DNA of 64,000 nucleotides from Gammaproteobacteria bacterium (GCA_965221695.1 OZ244905.1:1408001-1472000), one strand, 5' to 3'; shown: positions 43,886 to 57,817, counted from the first letter of the stretch. Program-made: numbers and translations. The notes: generated by a model not told the origin, from the sequence alone.

Positions 43886-44905
43886 TTAGGCAATCCGGGC
43901 TGAGTTGAAGTGACCGGAAGCCCGCTCTTGCTGCAAACGTTTCTGAACAAAAACGGCATTTTTTCTGGCTGGGTTAAAATCAATCACACGTAAAAGATTG
44001 CTGATCACTTGGCTCGCCACAGGCGCCGGCAGGCTATTGCCGGCTTGTTTTCTGGTTTGACTGTCGTTGCAAACAATCTTGAAGTCATCAGGAAAGCCTT
44101 GCAGCCGCAACATTTCTCTGGGAGTCAGGCGGCGTTTGCCGTCCACGAGCAAGTAATTGTAAGAGGCGCCGGCGCGCAAAGCGCATGAAAAAGGGTGCAC
44201 AGCCACATTTCCACCTTTGTTTTCGTGCCATATATTTGGCGCGGCGGGCAATTTATCGCCCCTCACTTTTTCCTTTCTTCTCGCAACTATATGCGCAGAG
44301 GCATAGTGTTTTGCGGGAATATTACTCTCAAGAATATGTTTCAGCGGGCGCATCGGCACACCGCCCACAGGCCATTGAAAAACCGCTTCTGGCTCAAGCG
44401 CGCCGACGATAAAGATCCGTTCTCTTTTTTGCGGCAAACCAAAATCAAGCGCGTTAAGGACTTTATAATCACACTCGTAGCCCAGATTTTTTATCGTTTC
44501 AATGATACGCGCCAGGGTTTGCCCTCGATTGTGTCCAACTAATAGCTTTACGTTTTCCAGCACAAAAGCCCTGGGTTGTTTTGCCTCCAGGATTCTTGCA
44601 ATATCGAAGAACAGCGTTCCCCTGGTATCCTCGAAGCCTTTCATGTGTCCGATGATGCTGAACGGCTGACAAGGAAATCCCGCAAGAAGAATATCGTGGT
44701 CGGGTATCTCCGATGCGTTAATCGAAGTAATATCTCCCCATGGCATTTCCGAAAAATTGGAACAATACGCTCTCCTGCATTCCTCATCTATGTCGCTTGA
44801 GAAAACGCAATCTGTCTCCAATTTTATCCGTGAAGCAGCGTCTTCCATGGCCAGGCGGAAACCGCCGATCCCGCAAAAAAGATCAATGTAATTAAGCGTT
44901 TTCAT
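43886..44905 (-). CDS. DNA (cytosine-5)-methyltransferase
   Basis: IDLFCGIGG, GFPCQPFS, ENV, PQKRERIF, RLQGFP, AGNS. Confidence 0.95.
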   Translation of the reverse strand: MKTLNYIDLFCGIGGFRLAMEDAASRIKLETDCVFSSDIDEECRRAYCSNFSEMPWGDITSINASEIPDHDILLAGFPCQPFSIIGHMKGFEDTRGTLFFDIARILEAKQPRAFVLENVKLLVGHNRGQTLARIIETIKNLGYECDYKVLNALDFGLPQKRERIFIVGALEPEAVFQWPVGGVPMRPLKHILESNIPAKHYASAHIVARRKEKVRGDKLPAAPNIWHENKGGNVAVHPFSCALRAGASYNYLLVDGKRRLTPREMLRLQGFPDDFKIVCNDSQTRKQAGNSLPAPVASQVISNLLRVIDFNPARKNAVFVQKRLQQERASGHFNSARIA

Positions 44906-44984
44906 ATCAGCTTTGCTGTGCGACAACGATACAGAAATTGATACGGACTTTCAACGGTCGATTTAAACTACACAAGATTGCCGC

Positions 44985-45926
44985 CTATGCATTGCCAGAC
45001 AGGTAATCCGGCGCCACTGCTTCAAGCGGCGTCGGAGTAATCCCCAAAACAGGCAGGTCATTACAGCGGCAGACGGCATCTGTTTGAGTGGACCGGTAAT
45101 TATCTGTAGAGAACGGCTGTTCGATATTCAGCGCCTGAAACAGCGGGGCCGCCAGGTCAAATGCCAGACCCTGCATCCTGGAGGCGAAATCCGGCAACGG
45201 GATAATGATTCGTTTGCGGCCCGAACACTTGGCGGTAAATTCAACCAAATCCTGCAAGGTGTAAACAGTCGGGCCGCATAACTCGTAACGTTTGCCATCA
45301 TGTTCAGGCTGATCCAGTGTGGCGACCATTGCTTGCGCAACATCCTCAACAAAAACCGGGGCAAAACGCGCGCCGGCGCATGCCAGCGGAAAGAAAACAG
45401 GCGCCAACCTGAGCAACGTCGCGAAGCGATTAATAAAGCTGTCCTCTGCCCCAAAAATGACTGAAGGGCGATAACTGGTGACACGGATACCCGGAGCCGC
45501 ATGCGCATTATCTTCAGCTTTTCCCTTACTGCGTAGATAATAACTGGCGCCACCCACCGCATCAGCATTGATGGCGCTGACATGCAACAGGCGTTGGATG
45601 CCGAGTTCCCGGCAGGCGCGGATAACTTTGTCAGTCAGTTCCACATGCACAAGGTAAAAAGCCGACCCTTTGCCTCCCCGCCCGTTCAGGATACCCACCA
45701 GGTTGATGACCGCATCACAACCTGACAAGGCTGCGGATAATTGCGTAGGGTCGTGAACATCAACCTGAATCGTTTCCAGCAACGGCAACCGGTTAAGCGC
45801 AGGATGGACGGCCGCTTTTTTGCGCGTTAATATCTTCAACTCATAGCCGGCCTCATTCAGATGTCTGGCCAGCGCGCGCCCGACGAAGCCGCTACCGCCA
45901 AGAATGCCGATTTTCTTTATACTCAT
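44985..45926 (-). CDS. NAD(P)-binding oxidoreductase, complex I NDUFA9 family
   Basis: GGSGFVG, AVINLVGIL, YLRSKG, RPSVIFG. Confidence 0.85.
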   Translation of the reverse strand: MSIKKIGILGGSGFVGRALARHLNEAGYELKILTRKKAAVHPALNRLPLLETIQVDVHDPTQLSAALSGCDAVINLVGILNGRGGKGSAFYLVHVELTDKVIRACRELGIQRLLHVSAINADAVGGASYYLRSKGKAEDNAHAAPGIRVTSYRPSVIFGAEDSFINRFATLLRLAPVFFPLACAGARFAPVFVEDVAQAMVATLDQPEHDGKRYELCGPTVYTLQDLVEFTAKCSGRKRIIIPLPDFASRMQGLAFDLAAPLFQALNIEQPFSTDNYRSTQTDAVCRCNDLPVLGITPTPLEAVAPDYLSGNA

Positions 45927-45998
45927 AAACCCTCATAATCAGGTCTGTGCACATCCCGATTATATGTAGCTGTTGGGACAGGCAAAGGCATTTTTTCA

Positions 45999-46203
45999 GT
46001 ACCACTCCCGCCCCCGCTCAACGCCATACGGGGGCAGGCTGGGAAGCGGGAGTCCAGTCGAATGCTGTGTCGCCCATCCACCATACCACTCCCGCGAAAG
46101 CGGCAGTCCAGTGGATTGCTGTGTCGCCCGTAGGGCGACCCTTTGTTTCACTGGATTCCGTAGCCCGCACCCGTGAAAACGGGAGATTGCACGGGAATGG
46201 TAC
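45999..46203. repeat. Compound (nested) ATTCCCG-family element
   Basis: Two ccactcccgc..gcgg(g/c)agtccagt units plus gtcgcccgtagggcgac; hairpin loops expanded by extra palindromes. Confidence 0.72.
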
Positions 46204-46292
46204 AGGGCGCAGGTCAGTTAGTAAAATTTACACAGCAAATTCTAAATCGTATTTTTTTCCAAATTATCTGCCTGTTTTTTTTGATAAACTGA

Positions 46293-47321
<1,029 letters not shown>

Positions 47322-47408
47322 TTTCTGATTATCAGACCTTAACCCGAATATCTCATTGACAGCAAACATCTATCCGATGCTAACAAGCGAATTGGTGAGA
47401 TTTTCGGG

Positions 47409-48122
47409 TTAAAATAATTCGTCAAGGAAATTGACTAACGCCTGCCAGGAGCGTTGCGCCGCATTCTTGTTATAGACCGTGCCGAAATCCGGATCATTTG
47501 CCGCCGGATTGGTAAAAGAATGCATAGCGTTGCCATAGACATGTATCTGCCAGTCTGCGCCGGCTTCCGTCAACTCCTCCTCCAACGCGGCCACCGCGTC
47601 GACAGGAACCATGGGATCTTCATGGCCGTGCAACGCAAGAACTTTCGCATTGATCCGGGCGCCTGCGGTATTGTCCGGCGCACCGAACAAGCCGTGAAAA
47701 CTGGCTGCGCCCTTGATATCAGCGCCAATACGGGCCAAGTCCAGAACACACAGGCCGCCAAAGCAGTAGCCGATCGCGGCGACCCGGCTTTCATCCACTT
47801 CCGAGAGGGACTTCAACATGTCCAAGGCTGCGGTCAAGCGGGATTGCAGGAATGTCCGGTCGTCCAGGAAAGGCTGCATCAAGCCGGCATTCTCTTCCTT
47901 GCTGCTCCCCAGGACGCCCTTGCCGTACAGGTCTGCCGCAAAACCAGCATAGCCCAGTTCAGCCAAAGCGCGGGCCTTGTCACATTCAAATTGGCCGCGT
48001 CCGCCCCAGGCATGGACGACCATAACCGCTGGTCGCTCGCCCTCTTCTATATCGTCACAGGCAAGAAAACCTTCCAAGGTGGTTCCCTCGTGTTCATATT
48101 CAATCAATCGTTCTTGGATCAT
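47409..48122 (-). CDS. Dienelactone hydrolase family protein
   Basis: GYCFGG, SFHG, HGHEDPMV, HSFTNP. Confidence 0.88.
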   Translation of the reverse strand: MIQERLIEYEHEGTTLEGFLACDDIEEGERPAVMVVHAWGGRGQFECDKARALAELGYAGFAADLYGKGVLGSSKEENAGLMQPFLDDRTFLQSRLTAALDMLKSLSEVDESRVAAIGYCFGGLCVLDLARIGADIKGAASFHGLFGAPDNTAGARINAKVLALHGHEDPMVPVDAVAALEEELTEAGADWQIHVYGNAMHSFTNPAANDPDFGTVYNKNAAQRSWQALVNFLDELF

Positions 48123-48285
48123 GTTTCGGTCTCCGTTTGTATTTTGCTGTTTAAGTATTACTTACCCTGAACGCTGTGACATTCCCGTCAAGGCTGCCCC
48201 CGCATGCTGTAAGCGAGAGAGGAAAAACCAGCAGGCAAAGGGCCGCTTTTCAGGCGGCATAGTATTTTCTGGACTTCCGCTATGA

Positions 48286-49686
48286 TTATACTTCCAAAGC
48301 CAGGGATTTGATCTTTCTTGTCAATGTGTTCCGTCCCCAGCCCAGCAGTCTAGCCGCTTCGTTGCGACGTCCTCCGGTCTGTTGCAACGCTTCTTCAATC
48401 AGTATCCGTTCGAACTCAGGGAGGATGTTGCCCAACAATCCGGTTTTGCCTTTACCCAGGTTCGTTTTGACCCAGTGGCGTAGCGTGTCCTCCCAATCTT
48501 CAACGGTCTCACCTGCCGGCTCCGTATTCTTCAGTTCGGGCGGCAGGTCTTCAATATGAATCTCTTTGCCCGGCGCCATGACAGTAACCCAGCGGCAGAA
48601 GTTCTCAAGTTGTCTGACGTTTCCCGGCCAATCCATGCTGTTCAGATATTCCTGTGTCTGCGGCAACGCCAGCTTGGCCTCGACATTGAGTTCAGTGGCT
48701 GAACGTCTCAAAAAATGTTCGGTTAACAGCGGGATGTCCGCGCGCCGGTCCCGCAGCGATGGCACGTGCACCCGGATCACATTCAAGCGATGAAACAGGT
48801 CTTCGCGAAACGCGCCGCGTTTTACCCGCTCTTCCAGTTCCTGGTTGGTTGCCGCAATCACTCTGGCGTCTGCGTTAATGGGCAAGTGACCACCGACCCG
48901 GTAGAAGTTTCCCGTTGACAGCACTCGCAGCAGGCGCGTTTGCAAGTCGGCGGGCATATCGCCAATTTCATCGAGGAACAAGGTGCCACCCTTAGCCTGC
49001 TCGAAACGACCGATACGTTGCGATGTGGCGCCCGTGAATGCGCCTTTTTCGTGACCGAACAGCTCGGATTCCAGCAAATCCCTGGGGATAGCCGCCATGT
49101 TGATGGCGATAAACCGTTGCTTCGAGCGGGGACTATGGCGATGCAGCGCTTGCGCCACCAGTTCTTTTCCGGAGCCGGACTCGCCGGTAACCAGCGCAGT
49201 AAGATGAGAACTTGACAACCTGCCGATGGCGCGAAACACTTCCTGCATAGCGGCGGCGGAACCGATGATGCCGGTATCCGTCAGGTCCGCTGCCGGCGCG
49301 TCAGCCGAACCCGAGGGACTGCGCGGCATTGCGCGCTTCACCAGGCTGACCAACTCATCTATGTCAAACGGCTTGGACAGGTATTCATACGCCCCACCCT
49401 GGAATGAGGATACCACCCGGTCCAGGTCCGGGAAGGCGGTCATGATGATAACGGGCACATCGGGAGTTTTAAGCTTGATCTCCTCCAGTAGCGCCAGGCC
49501 ATCCAGGCCCGGCATCCTAATGTCGGAGATGATTACATCCGGTTTTTCCCTGTCCAGACATTGCAGTAATCCCTGCGCATTATCAAAGCATGTGGTTTCC
49601 AGTCGCTCCTTGACCAGGGCGCGTTCCAGCACCCAGCGGATGGATTTGTCATCATCAACGATCCAAACCCTGTTGTTGACCGTCAT
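48286..49686 (-). CDS. glnG: Nitrogen regulator NtrC
   Basis: [35 protein letters not shown]. Confidence 0.95.
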   Translation of the reverse strand: MTVNNRVWIVDDDKSIRWVLERALVKERLETTCFDNAQGLLQCLDREKPDVIISDIRMPGLDGLALLEEIKLKTPDVPVIIMTAFPDLDRVVSSFQGGAYEYLSKPFDIDELVSLVKRAMPRSPSGSADAPAADLTDTGIIGSAAAMQEVFRAIGRLSSSHLTALVTGESGSGKELVAQALHRHSPRSKQRFIAINMAAIPRDLLESELFGHEKGAFTGATSQRIGRFEQAKGGTLFLDEIGDMPADLQTRLLRVLSTGNFYRVGGHLPINADARVIAATNQELEERVKRGAFREDLFHRLNVIRVHVPSLRDRRADIPLLTEHFLRRSATELNVEAKLALPQTQEYLNSMDWPGNVRQLENFCRWVTVMAPGKEIHIEDLPPELKNTEPAGETVEDWEDTLRHWVKTNLGKGKTGLLGNILPEFERILIEEALQQTGGRRNEAARLLGWGRNTLTRKIKSLALEV

Positions 49687-50724
49687 TTATTCCACCGGAA
49701 GAAGAATCTTGAAACAGGTTCTATCGTTGATTCTCTCGTATTCGATCATGCCATTATGGGACTGGATCAATGACTGAGAAATAGACAACCCCAGGCCATA
49801 ACCATCTGCCCGGCCCGTCACCATGGGATAAAAAATATGCTCCTCAATGTCTGCGGGAACGCCAGGACCGTTATCGATCACGTCAATCCGTACAACCAGC
49901 CGATAATGCCGGTTACGAATCGTGCTACGATGCTCTATCCGGGTGCGGATCAGGACTTCCCCGGTTTCATCAACCGCTTGCAGGGCATTCCTGCAAATGT
50001 TTAATATAGCCTGGATTAATTGCTCCCGGTCCGCGCGTAAAGCCGGTAGACTCGGGTCATAATCGCGCCGGATTCTGATATCAGCCACAGCCTCCGCTTC
50101 CACAACGCGGCAGGTATGCTCAAGCACACTGTGAATGTTTACCGAACGAAGCTGGTTTCTTTTTACGGGCGCCAGCATCCGGTCGATAAGGTTGTGCAAG
50201 CGGTCAGCCTCATCAATGATGATGCGCGTGTACTCCACCAGGCTCGAACCGTTCAATTCACGTTGCAGGAGTTGCGCCGCGCCGCGCAGCCCACCAAGAG
50301 GATTTTTTATTTCATGGGCGATGCCGCTTAACGATTTACGCGCGGCATCGTGCATGTAAGTCAAGTTGCTCTCTCGCAACGCCCGCACGCGGGTGTCGGC
50401 GTTGATCAATTCAAGCGCTACCCCCTTGCAGGTCTCGTCTTCGGTCACCGGGGTCACGATACAGTCCACACAAACGGTCTTTGCATCGGGCAATTCCAGA
50501 TCAATGCCCCATTCCATGCAGGGCTCTTTTGTTGACAGGGCGCGTTCAATGTTTTCCAGCAGTTTGCGCGAAGTCAGAATTTTACGCGCATCGTATCCGC
50601 GCGCCTTCTCGCGGCTGATAAAAAACAGATTTTCTCCCGCATTATTTATATCCGAAAGCCGTAGCTGACTATCGAATATCAGCACGGCTGTGTAAAGATT
50701 ATCCAGCAAGCCGTCCGCGCTCAT
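49687..50724 (-). CDS. glnL: Nitrogen sensor kinase NtrB
   Basis: AHEIKNPLGGLRGAAQLL, DYDPSLP, FYPMVTGR. Confidence 0.94.
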   Translation of the reverse strand: MSADGLLDNLYTAVLIFDSQLRLSDINNAGENLFFISREKARGYDARKILTSRKLLENIERALSTKEPCMEWGIDLELPDAKTVCVDCIVTPVTEDETCKGVALELINADTRVRALRESNLTYMHDAARKSLSGIAHEIKNPLGGLRGAAQLLQRELNGSSLVEYTRIIIDEADRLHNLIDRMLAPVKRNQLRSVNIHSVLEHTCRVVEAEAVADIRIRRDYDPSLPALRADREQLIQAILNICRNALQAVDETGEVLIRTRIEHRSTIRNRHYRLVVRIDVIDNGPGVPADIEEHIFYPMVTGRADGYGLGLSISQSLIQSHNGMIEYERINDRTCFKILLPVE

Positions 50725-50779
50725 AATCGGGAATGGCCCCGGCCGGCCAAAACAGGTTGCGACCGGGGCTGATCACCTG

Positions 50780-52189
50780 TTACAGACTGTAGTACATATC
50801 CAGTTCGACCGGATGTGTCGTCATACGGAAACGGGTGACCTCGTTCATCTTCAACTCGATATAACCATCAATCATATCATCGGAAAAGACCCCGCCGGCT
50901 GTCAGGAACTCCCGATCCTGGTCCAGGGCTTCCAGCGCCTGGTCCAGCGATGAGCATACGGTGGGAATCTCTCTTTCTTCCTCAATGGTCAGGTCATACA
51001 AGTCTTTTTCCAGGGGTTCACCCGGGTCCAGCCTGTTCTGTATCCCATCCAGTCCCGCCATCATCATTGCGGCAAACATGAAGTACGGGTTGCCGCAGGA
51101 ATCCGGGAACCTGATCTCAATCCGTCTGGCCTGAGGGCTGGCAACCCAGGGGATTCTGCATGACGCAGAACGGTTGCGCGCGGAATAGGCGAGCAGTACC
51201 GGCGCCTCGAAACCAGGGACTAGACGTTTGTAACTGTTGGTGCTGGCATTGGTGAACGCATTGAGCGCCCGCGCATGCTTGAAAATACCGGCAATGTAAT
51301 GCAACGCCAGATCCGACAAGCCGCCATACTTGTCGCCGGTAAACAAGTTCTGGTCGTCTTTGCCGAGGGATTGGTGGACATGCATGCCATTGCCGTTATC
51401 ACCGACCAGGGGTTTCGGCATGAAGGTTACCGTCTTGCCGTAGCCTTGGGCAACATTCATCGCGCAATATTTCAGGGTGAGCATTTCATCTGCCTTGGTG
51501 ACCAGTGTCCTGAACTTGGTGCCGATTTCCGCCTGGCCTGCTGTGGCGACCTCGTGGTGGTGCACCTCAACCGCCAGCCCCATATCCTGCAGCGCCATGC
51601 AGATGGCAGTGCGCACATTCTGCAAAGAGTCCACAGGCGGAACCGGGAAATAACCCCCTTTCACGCCCGGGCGGTGGCCATGGTTGGGCCCATCCATGAT
51701 CTTGTCGCTGTTCCAGTGGCCTTCTTCAGAATCTATTTCGTAGAATGCGCTGTTCAGGCTATCGCCCCAGCGGGCCTCGTCAAAGATGAAAAACTCGGGT
51801 TCAGGGCCGAAATAGGCAGCATCGGCGATACCGGTCGATTGCAGGTAGGCCTCGGCGCGCTTTGCCAGGGAACGCGGGCAGCGCTCGTAGCCTTGCATAG
51901 TAGTCGGCTCCAAGACGTCACAACGCAGGTTCAAGGTCGATTCATCATAAAACGGATCGATCACTGCGGTTTCAGTATCGGGCATCAACAACATATCGGA
52001 CTCGTCGATCCCCTTCCAGCCAGCAATGGATGAACCGTCAAACATCTTGCCGTTTTCGAAAAAATCGTCGGTGATGGCATCAACCGGAACCGTGACATGC
52101 TGTTCTTTTCCCCGCGTATCACAGAACCGCAGGTCGACAAAACGCACCTCATTCTCTTCGATTAATCCATGTACCTTCTCTTTGGACAT
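50780..52189 (-). CDS. glnA: Glutamine synthetase type I
   Basis: [34 protein letters not shown], adenylylation site DLY. Confidence 0.98.
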   Translation of the reverse strand: MSKEKVHGLIEENEVRFVDLRFCDTRGKEQHVTVPVDAITDDFFENGKMFDGSSIAGWKGIDESDMLLMPDTETAVIDPFYDESTLNLRCDVLEPTTMQGYERCPRSLAKRAEAYLQSTGIADAAYFGPEPEFFIFDEARWGDSLNSAFYEIDSEEGHWNSDKIMDGPNHGHRPGVKGGYFPVPPVDSLQNVRTAICMALQDMGLAVEVHHHEVATAGQAEIGTKFRTLVTKADEMLTLKYCAMNVAQGYGKTVTFMPKPLVGDNGNGMHVHQSLGKDDQNLFTGDKYGGLSDLALHYIAGIFKHARALNAFTNASTNSYKRLVPGFEAPVLLAYSARNRSASCRIPWVASPQARRIEIRFPDSCGNPYFMFAAMMMAGLDGIQNRLDPGEPLEKDLYDLTIEEEREIPTVCSSLDQALEALDQDREFLTAGGVFSDDMIDGYIELKMNEVTRFRMTTHPVELDMYYSL

Positions 52190-52286
52190 TGCATCTCTCC
52201 TCGCACGTGTTTACATTTGACTTAAAGTTGTCACCGGCATACGTATTGTTGCTGTGCGCGTCAACCGGCATCAAATAGTTTTATAA

Positions 52287-52302
52287 TGCATAATCTATGC
52301 CA
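52287..52302 (-). promoter_or_regulatory. Sigma-54 promoter of glnA
   Basis: Minus strand TGGCATAGATTATGCA = GG-N10-GC. Confidence 0.75.
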
Positions 52303-52478
52303 TTTCGTCGGGGAACCTCTGAATAAGCTGGAGGTTGCCGCGCTAACAGCATGTGCCGCCACTAATCCACCGGAACTGGATTTGGATCTCCAAAAGACGA
52401 TCGCGCAGCGACATTATCACTCGCTATATCTGAGTCCTCCGGAATTACGCGCCATAATAGCCCATATGCCTCATATTA

Positions 52479-52495
52479 TGCACTATATTTGTGCG
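52479..52495. promoter_or_regulatory. NtrC enhancer site
   Basis: TGCAC-TATATTT-GTGCG versus consensus TGCAC-N7-GTGCA, upstream of the glnA sigma-54 promoter. Confidence 0.65.
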
Positions 52496-52553
52496 TTTAT
52501 CCGCCCGGCGTCCCCATGTTATGACCGTATCTCTATGACTCCCACGGGGCAAA

Positions 52554-52637
52554 GGAAACTCTGATTTAGCTTGAATTTCCTGCGGCACAAGGAGGTGTCG
52601 CTCTGACAAGTCCGGGCTGGACTTGTTCAGAGCTTCC
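52554..52637. mobile_element. Short three-hairpin variant of the five-hairpin element
   Basis: Retains hairpins 1, 4 and 5, lacks 2 and 3; ends GGAAACTCTGA / TCAGAGCTTCC. Confidence 0.7.
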
Positions 52638-52650
52638 CTGAATATATCGC

Positions 52651-53955
52651 TCAACCCGGAAGAATCCTCTCTCCTAGCATCAATTGTTCCATTGTCTCGC
52701 GCTCCCGGATAACGTGTTCATGCTCCCCGTCCACCAGCAGCTCCACCGCTCTGGGCCTGCTGTTGTAGTTGGAACTCATGGAAAAAGCGTAGGCGCCGGC
52801 GGACAGGACGGCCAGCAGGTCCTGCGCGCGCAGGGATAAATGGCGTTGCTTGCCCAGGAAATCACCGGTTTCGCATATTGGTCCGACCACATCATATTCC
52901 ATTTCCGTCGTATCCCTCGCTTCGCTGACAGGAATGATGTCATGCCAGGCCTGGTACAGGGACGGGCGCAATAAATCGTTCATGGACGCATCCACGATGG
53001 CAAAGCGCCGGGCGTTATCTGTTTTCAGGTACTCAACCCGGGTAAGCAGTATACCGGCATTGCCCATTATGGAGCGGCCCGGTTCCAGAATAAGGCTATA
53101 GCGTTCCGGAACAAGATCTTTGACAACCCCGGCAAAGGCGGCAATATCGGGGATGTCTGTCTCCCCGGCGTCTCGCTCGGTTTGAGTTTCCGGACCACCT
53201 GCCCGGAGCGCGCTGGCGCAACGATAATCAATGCCCAGCCCTCCGCCGATGTCCAGGAGCCTTAATGGTATGCCGTCCCGTTGCAGGCTCTCAACCAGCG
53301 CCAAAATTTTTTCCAGCGCGTCGATATACGGCGCCAGAGAGGTTATCTGCGACCCGATATGGCAATCAATGCCCACCGGCAAGATATTATCCAGGCGTTT
53401 AGCCAGCGCATACGCTTCCGGGGCGCGCTCATGGTTTATCCCGAACTTGTCCTGGCGTCTGCCTGTGGCGATGGACGGATGGGTCTCCGCATCGGTATCG
53501 GGGTTGACGCGTATGGAGACGGGAGCGGCCACAGACAACCCCCCGGCAATTTCATTCAGGCGCTCCAGTTCAGGTTCCGACTCTATATTAAAACACTTTA
53601 TCCCGACTTCCAGGGCGCGCCTGATTTCATCGGCGCGCTTGCCTACCCCGGAAAATACAATCCTGGCCGGGTCGCCCCCGGCAGTCAGGACGCGCTCCAG
53701 TTCTCCGACGGATACTATGTCAAACCCCGAGCCTAGCCTGGCGAGCAGATTCAGGATGGCCAGGTTGCTGTTTGCCTTGACGGAATAACAGATCAGCGCA
53801 TCCCTATCGGAAAAAGTTTCCGCATAGGCGCGCCACCGATCCTCAATCGCGGCGCGGGAATACACGAATGCCGGTGTGCCATGGCGCGCGGCCAGCGCGT
53901 CTAAGGACACTCCCTCCGCATGCAACAATCCGTTTTTATACGAAAAACCCTGCAT
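52651..53955 (-). CDS. lysA: Diaminopimelate decarboxylase
   Basis: CYSVKANSN, DIVSVGE, HIGSQ, EPGR, GPICETGD, SNYNSRPR. Confidence 0.96.
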   Translation of the reverse strand: MQGFSYKNGLLHAEGVSLDALAARHGTPAFVYSRAAIEDRWRAYAETFSDRDALICYSVKANSNLAILNLLARLGSGFDIVSVGELERVLTAGGDPARIVFSGVGKRADEIRRALEVGIKCFNIESEPELERLNEIAGGLSVAAPVSIRVNPDTDAETHPSIATGRRQDKFGINHERAPEAYALAKRLDNILPVGIDCHIGSQITSLAPYIDALEKILALVESLQRDGIPLRLLDIGGGLGIDYRCASALRAGGPETQTERDAGETDIPDIAAFAGVVKDLVPERYSLILEPGRSIMGNAGILLTRVEYLKTDNARRFAIVDASMNDLLRPSLYQAWHDIIPVSEARDTTEMEYDVVGPICETGDFLGKQRHLSLRAQDLLAVLSAGAYAFSMSSNYNSRPRAVELLVDGEHEHVIRERETMEQLMLGERILPG

Positions 53956-54091
53956 GTCCGTAGCGCGTGGCGGCGGCTGGCTCATCCTCTGGCAAGTACA
54001 GAGCGCCTTTCTGACCGCACCCGAACAGCAAGAGGGTCGGCAACAGGAATAATAATATACGGGTTTTTGCGAATGTAGCGCGTGAACACAT
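53936..54091 (-). CDS. lptM: Small lipoprotein LptM/YifL family
   Basis: Manual translation [37 protein letters not shown]...; CGxKGxLYLP motif immediately upstream of lysA. Confidence 0.8.
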   Translation of the reverse strand: MCSRATFAKTRILLFLLPTLLLFGCGQKGALYLPEDEPAAATRYGHAGFFV

Positions 54092-54277
54092 CAGGCTTCT
54101 CCGTTCGGTTGGCGGCTTAAATCAGGTTTGCGATCTTCCAGAATGCGGCTGTATATGTCAATCGGAAAACTCCCCCTACGCAGATTTTGCGAACAATGCT
54201 TGAATTTGATCGCTGTTTCGGATGACAATGTTACCCCCCGTCGTTCAATGACAGAAAAACCAAAGGTAATACCCGAA

Positions 54278-54604
54278 ATGAGCAACAGCATAATTCACGT
54301 GACTGATTCCAGTTTTGAGGAGGATGTATTGAAATCGTCAGCCCCGGTAATGGTGGATTACTGGGCAGAATGGTGCGGCCCATGCAAGATGATTGCGCCG
54401 ATACTGGATGAAATTGCCGCGGAGTATACGGACAGCCTTACAGTTGCCAAAATCAATATTGATGAGAATCCCAGGACTCCGCAGAAATATGCCGTACGCG
54501 GCATACCCACCCTGATGATATTCAAGGATGGAGAAATCATTGGCACAAAAGTAGGAGCAGTATCAAAACTTCAGTTGTCCGCTTTCATAGACAGCACAAT
54601 TTAA
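54278..54604 (+). CDS. trxA: Thioredoxin
   Basis: [15 protein letters not shown]; upstream of rho. Confidence 0.96.
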   Translation: MSNSIIHVTDSSFEEDVLKSSAPVMVDYWAEWCGPCKMIAPILDEIAAEYTDSLTVAKINIDENPRTPQKYAVRGIPTLMIFKDGEIIGTKVGAVSKLQLSAFIDSTI

Positions 54605-54784
54605 CTCAACACGCGTTTCTATAGATAAACATCAAGATATAAAATACTGGACGTTTCTATTTCAATATGCTAGTCTGATAATAACCTATCGTATTGTCCC
54701 TCAAACTTAACTCGGGCTTCAACGCATTTCGGCCATTTGGCGTATGCCATTATGCCTGTCACAATCCATGTTTAATTTGGTCCA

Positions 54785-56044
54785 ATGAATCTCACAGAAT
54801 TAAAACAACAACCCCCATCAGAACTAGTCCTCATATCAGAATCCCTTGGTCTCGACGGCCTGGCCCGATCAAGGAAACAGGATGTCATCTTCGAAATCCT
54901 CAAGGCACATGCCAGAAAAGGCGAGGACATCTACGGCAGCGGCGTCCTTGAAATACTCCAGGACGGATTTGGGTTTCTGCGTTCCGCGGATAGCTCCTAC
55001 CTGGCCGGTCCCGATGACATCTACGTCTCTCCAAGCCAGATCAGACGCTTTAACCTGCGCACCGGGGATAATATCTCCGGTAAGATCAGACCTCCGAAAG
55101 AAGGCGAGCGCTACTTTGCGCTGCTCAAAGTCAACGAGATCAACTTTGAAGTCCCGGAAAAGGCCAGACATAAGATCATCTTTGAGAACCTGACGCCGCT
55201 GTTCGCGCAGCAACGTTTGAAACTGGAAGTGGGCAACGGTAGCACCGAGGACCTGACGCCCAGAATCATCGACTTGGTGGCGCCCATCGGCAAGGGCCAA
55301 CGCGGTCTTATCGTGTCCCCGCCCAAGGCCGGCAAAACCATGATCCTGCAATCCATTGCCCAGTCCATCAAACACAACCACCCGGAATGCCACCTGATCG
55401 TGCTACTCATCGACGAGCGGCCGGAAGAGGTCACGGAGATGGAGCGTTCGGTACGTGGCGAGGTAATTTCAAGCACGTTTGATGAACCCGCGACCCGTCA
55501 TGTGCAGGTGGCCGAAATGGTGATAGAACGGGCAAAGCGGCTGACTGAACACAAACAGGATGTGGTGATACTGCTGGATTCCATCACTCGCCTGGCCCGC
55601 GCTTACAATACCGTGGTCCCGGCATCCGGCAAGGTGCTGACGGGCGGCGTTGACGCCAATGCCTTGCAGCGGCCGAAACGCTTCTTCGGCGCCGCGCGAA
55701 ACATTGAAGAGGGCGGCAGTCTTACTATCCTGGCCACTGCGCTGATCGACACCGGCTCGCGCATGGATGAGGTCATCTATGAAGAATTCAAGGGCACCGG
55801 CAATATGGAACTGCACCTGGATCGCGAGATTTCGGAAAAACGTATTTACCCAGCCATCTATATCAACCGTTCCGGCACTCGGCGCGAGGAGTTGTTAACG
55901 GAGAAGGATGAACTGCAGAAGATGTGGATTCTACGCAAGCTGCTGCATCCTATGGAATCGATAGCAGCCATGGAGTTCCTACTGGAACGACTCAAGGCCA
56001 CGAAGAACAACGCCCAGTTCTTCGATGCCATGAAGAAACGTTAA
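54785..56044 (+). CDS. rho: Transcription termination factor Rho
   Basis: [31 protein letters not shown]. Confidence 0.98.
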   Translation: MNLTELKQQPPSELVLISESLGLDGLARSRKQDVIFEILKAHARKGEDIYGSGVLEILQDGFGFLRSADSSYLAGPDDIYVSPSQIRRFNLRTGDNISGKIRPPKEGERYFALLKVNEINFEVPEKARHKIIFENLTPLFAQQRLKLEVGNGSTEDLTPRIIDLVAPIGKGQRGLIVSPPKAGKTMILQSIAQSIKHNHPECHLIVLLIDERPEEVTEMERSVRGEVISSTFDEPATRHVQVAEMVIERAKRLTEHKQDVVILLDSITRLARAYNTVVPASGKVLTGGVDANALQRPKRFFGAARNIEEGGSLTILATALIDTGSRMDEVIYEEFKGTGNMELHLDREISEKRIYPAIYINRSGTRREELLTEKDELQKMWILRKLLHPMESIAAMEFLLERLKATKNNAQFFDAMKKR

Positions 56045-56093
56045 CCCGTAGTTCTTGTCAGGGCCGCAGGCTACCCCGCCTGAGCAAGCCAGG

Positions 56094-56127
56094 CAAAAAA
56101 AACCCGCCGGATGGCGGGTTTTTTTTG
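56094..56127. terminator. Bidirectional intrinsic terminator between rho and groEL
   Basis: A8-cccgcc-ggat-ggcggg-T8. Confidence 0.88.
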
Positions 56128-56144
56128 GGTTAAACCGGCAAGGC

Positions 56145-57800
<1,656 letters not shown>

Positions 57801-57817
57801 CTAGACCTCCCGAAAAC

